Origin: Asterias rubens
Taxonomy: Eukaryota
Direction: 5' to 3'
Assembly (NCBI RefSeq): GCF_902459465.1
Contig: NC_047071.1
Span: 3,534,001 to 3,598,000 of the forward strand
Length of the DNA stretch: 64,000 nt
Numbering within the stretch: the stretch's first letter is position 1; each line of letters begins with the position of its first letter. The notes under the pieces are model-generated. The model saw nothing but the letters and a program-made list of their open reading frames with translations. It was not told where the DNA came from and ran no database searches. Below are positions 42,001-52,811 of the stretch, piece after piece. The translations under genes and the position numbers were made by a program.

Positions 42001-45000
42001 AGTTAGCTGGACGGCTTGAAATCTAGACTAGCTTGCAGAGTGTAGTCTAGATTTCAAGCCGTCTAGCTAACTAAATCATACCGTGGCGGGCGCGCTTTGG
42101 CGATTCAACCGCGCGTAGTACACTATCCAGAATCAAGCACCATAGTCTTGGGCCAAGACTAGTCACTATAGAACACTGTAGCCTATAAAAAGAAATTCAT
42201 GTCAAAGATGCCAACAAGTTTAATAAATATTTATCTTATATAGGATTTGAGGCATTGCATGGTGAGGTATCAATGTAGATTTGGTTTGCGGTAACACCAT
42301 GTGTTATGTGTATCTACTTGCCAGGTATAGTTTGTTCTTAGGGAACTGTCTTGCTTTATTCTACTGCCGTGGAGTAGATAATCGGAGGTTCGGGAGACTT
42401 CTCAGTTATGAAAAGAACTGTCCTGCTTTTGAACTATTACCAGGGCGGATGGTATAGAAATTAGACTGGACTACTACTTTAGCTTATAGGATCGTAATTA
42501 ACTGTACTGCCGCGGAGTCAGTTCTGAATTGGTCTCAACGTTTTGACTAGACTAGCTTGCTCTAGTCATCGTCATTACTTTTTTGAAGTTTGACACTAAT
42601 TGATTTCCTCTAGGTTGGTCTTCTATACTTGACGAATTTGTACACCCTTTGGACGTATCCAGCTATTGCACTTGATGATAAAGGAATACTGTATCAATCT
42701 TTTGCTGTGTTTAATGCTACAGAGTTCATCATTGAGGCTAGAGAATTCTTCAAAATCGCTGAAGGTTTGTAAACATTAAGTGACAAGATTGATGTGCTTA
42801 GTATGAAAAAAACAATAACAAGTTTACACCATGCATCAAATAGCCTTGTTATACCTCGGTAACAAATTGTGAAGTTTGATTGGTCGAGAAACAATCATGT
42901 GACGCGCAACAAAAACGCATGTTACATGGCTCGACGGGCCGGGTAACATGAAAAGTGATGATGTACACCGGTGTACATCACCTTGATCGTTCCCAGCGTT
43001 GGTCGATTTCGCGCTGTGTATGTACGAAACAACCGCGGGTTCGAGGGAATTGTTTCTTGTTCGTCTGCTTATTAAACAATATATAGTCCGTCGTTATAAT
43101 GTTTGAAGATGACAACAGAACTTCGAGAAGAGGAATAACAATTATACAAAGGTATAACAAAACAATTGTTGCATGCACGTTGTGACTGGGGTCCATGGGT
43201 TTTGTACACCCTCGAGGGAAAATGGCGGCTTCGCCTCGGGTTCCATTTTCTCCCTCGAGTGTACAAAACGCCATGGACCCCGTCACAGCGTGCACCTTTT
43301 TTTGTATTATGTTTGTTGTTACCATGTTCCAATGGCATGGTTCTGTTTACCGATGAATTCTGAGTTTATCAAGCCATGTAGAGCACATAATCATGAGACG
43401 TAGAAGCGCAGTATTCCGTGGTAATTAGCGGATATTGTTACCCATTAATCTTCTATCGGTTACATTCTGGCTAATATGAAACTGCTCTTCTTTTAACAGA
43501 TACGTTCTGGGCATCTTGTTATTTTGCCATCCCTCTGTCAATACTGTACAATCTACACATGCCGCTATGTTACAGGTAGGACTATAGCACGTGTATATGG
43601 ACCAAAGCGAGGCTTGAAGGTCAACAATAGTCCGACGACTGTTTGTGATTCAAATGAACAAATCTATTGCAAAATGGTTAACACTCTTGAAGGAGTCACT
43701 CATCAGTTATGAATTGTTAAATGTTATTTCTCCTCTAGAGAACACACCTTAAAGTTGTGGAGAGGAAACCGAGACTTCTGTCCTAAAGAGAAGTTCCATT
43801 TACCATCTTTAGTGGTAAGATATTGTGTGACGTTTGTGTTTTGTTTGCCCTTATTTGCCCCCCCCCCCAATTACCAGCAGTTTTCTCGGTGTGACCAATA
43901 GAATAATATAATAATATAAATATCGAAGTCTTATATAGCGCACGTATCTACCAAACAAGGTACTCAAGGCGCTGAGTATATACAAACTTTCAGAAAAATA
44001 GGTAATTGCAGTGATGAGTTTTGAGACCCAATTATTTAGCACCTTTTACAAGGTGCTACGGCGCATACAGCAGCCACAGCCAGGAACACCGGGGCGAACC
44101 CCTTCTCTTTCGAAAAGTGCACTGGGTTCTTTTACATGCGTTACACAACACATGGGGCCAACAGCTTAACGTCCCATCCGAAGGACGAAGCAATGGTTAA
44201 GTGTCTTGCTTAAGGACACAAGTGTCACGGCTGGGGATTCGAACCCACGCTCTGCTGATCAGAAACACCAGAGTTTGAACTCGGTGTTCTTAACCGTTCG
44301 GCCACGACACTTCCGGAGCATGTTTGATATGAAATTAGTTTGTATAAATTGATTTACTGATGTGAATAATGCTTTGATTGATAGGTGGCAAATCTTCGCT
44401 TTTCTGGATATGCGATCGGATTTTCAGCATGGGGTAAGTCTACTCCAGTCTGTTATTGGTAAACTAAAGTTCTTTTGTCGGCCTCAAATCTTACAGGGGG
44501 GGTTGAATTCCAGTTCAATTTATAAAAAGTCAGTCCACAAAAGAGAAGATTGTAGAACTGAGTATGTTTGTTATAACCCAGATTAATAATGTGAAAATAA
44601 TAGAGACCGTAAGTGCAAGATGAGTCATTTTTGTAGGTGTTTTTATAGGCAGTGGACACTATTGGTAATTGTCAAAGACTAGCCTTCACAGTTGGTGTAT
44701 CTCAACATATGCATAAAATAACTAACCTGTGAAAATTTGAGATCAATCGGTCATCAAAGTTGCGAGATAATAATGAAAAAAGAAAACACCCTTGTCACAC
44801 GAAGTTGTGTGCTTTCAGATGCTTGATTTCGAGACCTCAAGTTCTAAATATGAGGTCTCGAAATCAAATTCGTGGAAAATTACGTCTTTCTCGAAAACTA
44901 TGGCACTTCAGAGGGAGCCGTTTCTCATAATGTTTTATACCATCAACCTCTCCACATTACTCGTTACCAAGTAAGGTTTTATGCTAATAATTATTTTGAG

Positions 45001-47935
45001 TAATTACCAATAGTGTCCACTGCCTTTAAGATGCATATAAACTTGTACTAATCTCAACACTCTCCCCATCTCTGTGTTCTTTATTTCAGGGTTTCTCATA
45101 ACCCAAGTCGTATCCTGGCTCGTACTGTTCTTCGTTGTGTATTTTATAATTTATCAACTTCAGAAAACTGATGAAGAATTAACATGGCTTCTCAAATGTT
45201 TCGAGGGATACTGGTAAGCCGTATTATTTGTTGATTTCAATTGATTATTTATATTTGTAAATATCAACATAGCTCGATGAAAGAGGCTCTTTAATATCCA
45301 TCACGGTTTTCGTGGAGAATCATTGTTTTGGAAACAAGATGAAATTTAGGATATGATTCAGTCACTTGATACCTGAGGCATTGTGCTTAAAGGCAGTGGA
45401 AACTATTGGTTATTACTCAAAATAATTATTAGCATAAAACCTTTCTTGGTGACGAGTAATGGGGAGAGGTTGATGGTATAAAACATTGTGAGAAACGGCT
45501 CCCTCTGAAGTGCCATAGTTTTCGAGAAAGACGTAATTTTCCACGAATTTGATTTCGAGACCTCAGATTTAGAACTTGAGGTCTCGAAATCAAGCATCTG
45601 AAAGCACACAACTTCGTGTGACAAGGGTGTTTTCTTCTTTCATTATTATCTCTCAAGTTCGGTGACCGATTGAGCTCAATTTTTCACAGGTTTGTTATTT
45701 TATGCATATGTTGAGATACACCAACTTTGAAGGCTAGTCTTTGAAAATTACCAAAAGTGTCCACTGCCTTTAATATAACTAACAAGTTGTTGTTTCTTCT
45801 GTCAAGTGGTCGAAACACCAAGGTCTTTCTTGCGTTAGAATAAAAGTAAAACAAGTTGAGTGTTATTCGTTAGACTCTCTACAAAATAACTCTGTAATTG
45901 TGTGGATCTTTGCTCATTTTTAACTTTCATTGGGTAACCAGGTAATCATTGGGATACCGTGGTAAAAAAATAAACTAATTCTTTTTACCCTGTATAGGTT
46001 AACGTTCGTAACGGGGATCGTGTTTTACTACGTCCAAGTTGCTCTGGCTCATATTGCTTTCTTACAAAAAGAGAAAGAAAAGAGAAGGCATAAAGTCCAT
46101 TTGAGCCTCAACAATAGGTAATTCTGAACAAAGTAATCAAACTATAACCTTTGTAAAAACAAAAATAGTTGAAAGAAAAAAGCCGTTTGTGTTCGACATA
46201 AATTAATCTTGACCCTTGAACAAATTAATCAGCCTTTCAATAAAATTAATATACAACTACCACGAACGGCCGTATTGTATTCTCATTTACTCTCCTAATT
46301 CCGTTATTATTATTTCACCAGGCGAATGTTTCATGTTGTAGTTTACGTGACTTTATTTGTGAACGTCATAGTTGGGTTAGTGTCTTGTTTGATGAGGATC
46401 GTCAAGGCTGTTATCTTTGGTGTACTCTTCATCGGGAGAATCGATCGATCGACCCTTATGAGAGGCTGGGAGTTATGGGACCCAGGTAAGAATCATGGAC
46501 CAATTGCGGATACAATCCTAATTATTTAAAGAGAATGTCACTACAGCAAAGAAGAGATATCGAGTATTCAATTGTTGTTCTTTCATTCCTATTCAGGTTT
46601 TAAATCTTACATGGGTTTTCTGGAGCTAGAGGTTGCCCATACACATCCAGTTCTTGTAACATTCTGTCATTTTCTGTGGAAATCAGTCGGGAAGGACATG
46701 GCAGAAGAAAAAGCATCTATTGCGTTTTGGAGAAAAGTACAAACCAAGAAAGGTAATGTTCACCATGTGTACTTTACTTGTATAAATCAAGTTTTAAACC
46801 ACAAAGGGAAAGTGACTGGGTAACTTTGAATTAATTGGGTTGAACACAAAATTAATTTTGATTTTGTATAAAACCATCAAAACTGTGCTTATTCTCGTAA
46901 CTAAATTTATAATAATTATTAAAAGATGCTCCACTAGATACTCAACTTATACAAAATAAAAGCCATAATTTATTGGAGTGTTTTAAATTAAACTTTTCTG
47001 TGTAATTTCGTCCTCAGATCATGATTTTCCAAAATGAATTTTACACGAGATAATGAAGCTTTTTGTAATAAGCATTATTTGGCTAAACAACCCAACTAAT
47101 TGGTTTATAGGTTCCGAGGGAAGCATGGCCATTGAGCTAAGAAGAGGGTGCCGTCAAAAGCCTCGCTGGCCACGTAATAAATGGTTTGTAGCAATCACCT
47201 TAATGCGTAATCGTTCCTTAACCATTGCGAGAATGAGAATTGCTCCAGAGTTACTTCAAGTCAAGCAAGATATTGAGAAGGAAAGACGAGCAAAACAGGT
47301 ATAGGCATATAGCCCTTTCTATATCCCTACACCCTTTCGAACCACCATCTAAAAACTAACATCTCAAGTTAATATCAAAATAATTGGCGAACAATTTGGG
47401 CTAAAAATTCGTTGCAGGGGGTTCATTTTTTTTATGGCAGGTTTATCAAACTCTGAGAATGAGAAGAACAACCCGTTTGCGTAAGACTTTTACCAACGTA
47501 GAAGATATAAGAACAAGCAGAAGGAGGAAAAACACTTAAATCCACACTGACAAACAAGCCTTCATTGCAACAATCGTAATACAAATTGCTAGGGCTATGT
47601 AGGTCTATACATATAATTATAAAAGGATGCATTTCCTTTTAGACTCATAGTTCAATGAGTAGTCCAACGTGTTTTCCCTCTCTAGGTAGCCTACCGTTTT
47701 AAACTTCGTGAATGGTTATGGTGACTGAACAAAAAATGTTTTTAAAAGGAAACAGATTTTGTATTTAATCATTAATAATAATAGGTCTTATGGTCATTTG
47801 TTTTCCCAGACTGGAGCCGTCTCCACAACAGTCATTTCAAATGGATCAAACTCGACACTCGATGCAGAGGGAAGCAAGACTCTTGCTCAAGACGTCAAGG
47901 ATACAGACAGCATGTCTATCCTTGTCAGTGTGTAA
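39095..47935 (+). CDS. STRA6L: STRA6-like multipass receptor, copy B (19 coding exons, 688 aa as assembled)
   Basis: Exons 39095-39193, 39552-39637, 39920-40062, 40316-40448, 40542-40590, 40825-40938, 41062-41156, 41393-41448, 41566-41627, 42614-42764, 43500-43575, 43739-43814, 44385-44433, 45090-45213, 45998-46117, 46322-46485, 46597-46752, 47111-47298, 47810-47935. Same motifs and intron phases as copy A. Confidence 0.88.
41912..42161. mobile_element. Foldback MITE with 9-bp TSD (Mutator-like)
   Basis: 119-bp arms with one mismatch that I could see, 12-nt loop, GTCACTATA direct repeats at 41903-41911 and 42162-42170. Confidence 0.85.
42846..43300. mobile_element. Non-autonomous element with sub-terminal inverted repeats and a long 3' hairpin (class uncertain)
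   Basis: TTGTTATACCT (42846) / AGGTATAACAA (43150), 22-bp palindrome at 42959-42980, hairpin at 43174-43294. Confidence 0.5.
43902..44311 (-). mobile_element. tRNA-derived SINE, near full length
   Basis: Minus-strand head has A-box (GTGGCCGAACGG) and B-box (GGTTCGAATCC), then a GTGTCCTTAAGCAAGACACTT body and a GCGCTATATAA...(TTA)-rich tail. Confidence 0.75.
44647..45025 (+). mobile_element. Kolobok-like MITE family 1
   Basis: TIRs intact. Right flank TTAA, left flank TTAT. Confidence 0.85.
45391..45769 (-). mobile_element. Kolobok-like MITE family 1
   Basis: TIRs and TTAA flanks, 379 bp. Confidence 0.85.
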
Positions 47936-49277
47936 AAGGCTCGCCCTCAGCCTCAACAAAGGGGGTTCATATCTGTACCTCGTCCTTCAAGTAAAACTTC
48001 CAACAAACCATCATGTTCTGGGAAAAGTCTGTGGGAAAAGTGGCCCAACTGTTACCCCGAAACCAGGATATACATCACAAGATACCAGTCGACCTCGATG
48101 GGTTTAAACTATGAAAGAGAATGCATTTATATGTATTCGAGATGATAACAAACTCTCGTCCACCTTGTGTAATGGCCGAACACAATTTTCAGCGAGTTCT
48201 GCAATCAAAACTTGGAAAAAAAGTTTCCGTATGGCGCCACCACTTTTTCATTCGATATTAAATAAAGTACCTAATTATTTACCTCATTGAGAAATCCCTT
48301 TTTTATCCATGTCGTGTATTAAATTACCTTCTCTTTGAGCCACGAGCCAGCCTTCCCGCCACATTTGGAATCTTTTGATCTTTATTTCAACTTGTAGCTT
48401 TACTAATCAAGCCGATGTAATGACAAACCCATTGGAGCACTCTTCACGCAAAGTTGGTGTTGATATAACAGCATTACATGCCCAGTTCAACTCCATGAAT
48501 GACGTCATAACGTCATAGTGGCTGACAAGGATATCGTTTGTGAAAGATAAGTACTACAGTGCATTATTTGAAAATGAGAGTTCGTTTGAGAGAAGATGCA
48601 AAACAAAACTAATCACGGGCTACTGTGATGGTTTGATATGTGTGGAATTCTACGAGGTCAAACGATCACGAATTACTGAATGTTACGGTGATTGTTTAAC
48701 AATGTTTAACCGCAATGAGGAAACCCACAGAAAGAATTGAATTCGAAACAATGCTCCGAGTGAACATCTAAAACACCTTTGTGTAAAAAAAATCTGAGGA
48801 ATTTAGGTTGCATAATAATTGATTGATGAATGAAGGAATTCTTGTGGAACCAGTGCTATGTGTTCTCCTGACTGTCAGCCCATCAAACGTGCACCCAGCA
48901 CAAGGCAGTCCGAGGCCGGGTATAAGAAAAGGTAAGACGTCTCGCATATGGTGGTCTCCGATTTTTAAGTTTCTGTCCCATTTCTTAAGATAGTATGCGT
49001 GGTTTTGGTAAGGGGCGTTAAGTTTGCAAGAATCTAAACGCACGAGGACACCAATCATTACGTTCATTCAGGATTTCTATAAAACGCCCAACCAAGTCAC
49101 TTTCGATGGATTTCCCTTCGTATCTCGATGCATGATGCGCCTCTCTTTAGATTGTAATCTTAAAAGTAGACATTTTTGAAAGAGAATACTGATCTGAGAT
49201 ATTGAACTTTTGTTTTGTTCTCCACTAATCTCAGGAAAAGAACACAACAGTTATTGACTTCATCTTCTTGATCCACG

Positions 49278-50598
49278 ATGTATCTTATGAAGCCAACGTC
49301 GATCGTTTTAGTATGGTGTTTGTTCTACTTCCTTCAAGTGAGTAATGGTGTACTACAGCATGACCATGTTTTACCCGGTCACTACTACCGGCCATTACAG
49401 CAACATCATCGGGTAAGAAGAGCTGCCGCCCCCGCACCAAGGACCCCGCTCCGTGACTGTCCATGCAGGTATAGTACCGGAAAAGTTTCCGTATCACGTC
49501 ACCACTTTTTCATTTGATATGAAATAATATAGAATCTAGTTTACCTCAATGAGATATCCCTTTTTGTAAAAATTAGTGAAAAGGTGGTGACGTGATACGG
49601 AAAGTTATTCAAAAAAGAGTTATCAACTGTTCATTATTACCTGCCTTTGTTTAAAAAGTTATTCTTTCACGTGGACTTTACAACGAAGAGGCAATGTTTG
49701 GATAGATTTCCGCATCATACCACCTTTTTTACTTGTTAAGAAATCAAATATTATAATTGAATTACCAGATGAGGTATTCCTTTTTGCTGGTGGCAGGATA
49801 CAGAAAGTTTTCCCTTACACTATACCTTGCCACCAATTTATTTATAAAAAGTAACCATTATTGCTCTTCTGTCTTTGTTCTTTATTCTCAATGCATATAC
49901 AGTCAAGAGAAGTTTGCATGGAAATATTATGCACAAAATGTACTTAAGACAATCTACTTAATAAAGCGATCTTTAAAAAAAAAATTTTTTTTTCTTTCTG
50001 TAAAGCACTTAGAAACACATATGAAGCGCTTTAAATTATTATTCCATTTTCTTCCCTTTTAGTTCAAGTCCTTGTTTGAATGGAGCCGAGTGCGTATCTA
50101 AAAAAGGCGCAATAGTCGGCACGGTGGAATTCAGTTGCACCTGCAGCGGTCAATGGGTTGGTACAACATGTGATAGCTGCCCACCGGGAGGTAAGTCAGA
50201 ACAAGTTTTAGGTCGAGTTGTCACAGGTCAATTCAAACTCTAATTTGGAAATTATCTTTCTTTTTTTAGGCCCTTTGTGTAAAAAAAAAAGGGGGAGTAC
50301 AAACAAATTGTTATAATATAATTATTAGAGTTTTCCCCGCAAAGCATTTTTTAATTGGAATATTAATTTGATTCTCAAATTCCCGAATGCACCTCACCAA
50401 AGATTTATTATTGAGGTGTTGCCTATAGTTGACTAATAGTTGCGTTTTCTTGTTTCCTCCTCCCTAGATCCACTATGCAGCCGTTCCTGCCTGGTACACA
50501 GGGATAATGACGTATGTAATGATGGTGGACCGGGGTCCATTGATGCAGTATGTGCGATTGGTACCGACTGTGGAGATTGCCCTTCAAGATGTCAATAA
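49278..50598 (+). CDS. Small secreted precursor (149 aa): signal peptide, His-rich propeptide, RVRR site, EGF domain, C-terminal Cys-rich module
   Basis: Exons 49278-49468, 50063-50190, 50468-50598 (450 nt, phases 2 and 1 consistent, canonical GT-AG). EGF PCSSSPCLNGAEC...FSCTCSGQWVGTTC, followed by CSRSC...CNDGGPGS...CAIGTDCGDCPSRC*. Confidence 0.8.
49479..49610. mobile_element. Short MITE, variant TIR subfamily
   Basis: Same body as the 24841 copy. TIRs read CCGTATCACGTCACCAC / GTGGTGACGTGATACGG. Confidence 0.75.
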
Positions 50599-51841
50599 AC
50601 TCATCACTGTGCAGCCATCTTGGATTTATCTTCTATGCAATCACATGTAACCAAACCGAGGCTGATGGAAGCTCAATTAGTCTGGTACCTTTCCCGTATC
50701 TACGACTAACATTAACGAAGATGAGCTTCCTATATACTACCGTGTTTGTACATAGGAACAAAATTACCACATCTATCTCATGATAATTCAAGAACAATTT
50801 TGTCTCTGCAACTTGGAGCTCTTTTCTCTGTTTTCATGAGGTTGATGGGAAATCATCAACAAGTTCATCATTCCGGAAATTAGGGCTGCACTGACTCACA
50901 ATAACACAAATTGTAAATTTTTTTTAAAAGATCAGTGTTAAAGTCCAAGCTCACGATGGCCTATGACCCCAAGTTAAACGGGAAGTATTCTATGCCCAAA
51001 ATGAGAAGTGGAAGTATTGGAATATTGGCAAATAAATAAAATTATTTATTATAAACACCTCAAAAAACTTGTGACAACTCTCCATATTTAAATGATGGTG
51101 TGTAAATAAAGTAATCATTTTCATAGTTGGGTTTTTTTTTTTTCTTGGATTACAAGGTTTGAATGCGCCTCCACCCCGCCCGCTCCGCCCCTCCCCACCC
51201 GGCCCCGTCGCCCAGACTCCCGTCCCATCTGATGTAGCCTGCTCCCCCCCCCCACCCCAGCAAACAATCAATATAGGTTATTATATTGGCCTCAATTTCA
51301 ATTATCTAAATATTTTGATTGAACTGGTCACCTGAATGATGACAGTCCAAGTGGAAATTGCGGCACATAAAATTACATTAAAAGACCACTTAAAAGTTTT
51401 GGTTTCATCTTTGGAATACATGAGGCGCGTCCCATCACTGCCCCAACCTTGTGCACTGGACCTATCGTCGCTTTTGACTCGGTGTGAAGTTTCAACATTG
51501 GTGAATGAATAAGCTTGAAATGAAAGCATTACTTCCCATGAACAAGGTGTGAACAGACAAAGACTTTGTAAAGCGCTCCTGAAGACGGACCGATAACAAC
51601 CCACAGAGCTTTAAAAAAATAAATAAAAAAAAAACGGGGGGGAGGGGCTCTTTGTGCCATTGGCAGTTTTTGACCACGTGAGTGCGTGTTTGAACCAACT
51701 TTACGTAAAACAAGTAGAATAATATGGTATTTTTGTTTACTCTTGTTAAATTTATTTGTTACTTGCCAAAATAATTGATACAATAATTATAACAACACCG
51801 GGCAGCTAAAGTGATGAAAAGTCGAAGGAATTCGCCTTTGA

Positions 51842-51860
51842 AAGCGCCCCCATGTGGTCA
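51842..51860. promoter_or_regulatory. CTCF-like motif at the putative MRPL24 promoter
   Basis: AAGCGCCCCCATGTGGTCA lies about 115 bp upstream of a strong donor (CAA|GTAAGT, about 51975) that probably ends a 5'UTR exon. Confidence 0.4.
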
Positions 51861-52074
51861 AAAATAAATAAGCTCAGTGTGGCCCTCTATTGACATACAA
51901 AAAAATTGCCGTCTGCCCCCGACCAGGTCAGGAGAGCGAAGACTGGTTCATTTTGATGAACGAAAATCATCCAAGTAAGTCGTTTAATTAATGTGTATTG
52001 GGCTCTAAATAGAAAATTGTGATGACGAAGAAGATAGTTAATTAAAATGTTTGTAGGCAAAAGTAAATATTTTC

Positions 52075-52206
52075 GGAAAAGTTTCCGTATGGCGCCACCA
52101 CTTTTTCATTCGATATGAAATAATAAAGTATCTAATTTACCTCAATGAGATATCCTTTTTTGTAAAAATTAGTGAAAAAGTGGTGGCGCCATACGGAATG
52201 TTATCC
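52075..52206. mobile_element. Short MITE, TTCCGTATGGCGCCACCAC TIR family
   Basis: Both TIRs intact. Confidence 0.75.
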
Positions 52207-52646
52207 ATATTTTCTGCCAACTAAATGCGAGATGGGTTTGCTCTGGTTGGATGATGATGTAGTGTGTTTCTCTCAGTCTCAACTCACTAACGCAAAACTC
52301 GCATTAACTATCATGCATTATCTGACATGGGCGTGGGGGGGGGGGGGCTTTTCAGATGAAATCATTTTGCAGGATGCATTTTACAATTTTTATTAAATAA
52401 ATATTAACTATAAAGAGTAACCTTTCGAACATTACACCAATGACACCACTTTGTCAGGGTAATTCATTACCAGTAATACCACATTGTCATTACCCCAAAT
52501 AAACATTTAAATTTAATTTATTAATAAAAGTAAAAATTTTATTACTGGACTGTCAATACTATACATGTATTACTCTTTATATCTGGTAACATAAAATTAA
52601 CAAGACGACGTGTCTGTGCCCCCTTCAAAAGCATCTATTTACTTTA

Positions 52647-52811
52647 GGACCTCATCAGACATCGGTGATCCCATCATGCATCAGTAATCTCATCTGTGGC
52701 CGTACAATTATCAGTGACCTCATCAGTGACCTCTCCAGTGACCTCGGGCATCAGTGGCCTCAAAGTTGACCTCATCGTTGACCTCAACAGTGCCTCATCA
52801 GTGACCTCATC
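52647..52811 (+). repeat. Imperfect 12-bp tandem repeat (CAGTGACCTCAT) just 5' of the MRPL24 ATG
   Basis: Exact TGACCT at 52715, 52727, 52739, 52767, 52779 and 52802. Confidence 0.85.

Noticed and set aside
47790-48107. 105-aa ORF as the STRA6L-B C-terminus
   Set aside because: Wrong frame. The phase-0 junction from exon 47298 reads TGAVSTT...LVSV and stops at 47935.
52715-52807. TGACCT array as a retinoic-acid response element for the STRA6-like genes
   Set aside because: It is about 14 kb from their shared promoter, beyond another gene, and the spacing is DR6 rather than the classical DR1/DR2/DR5.
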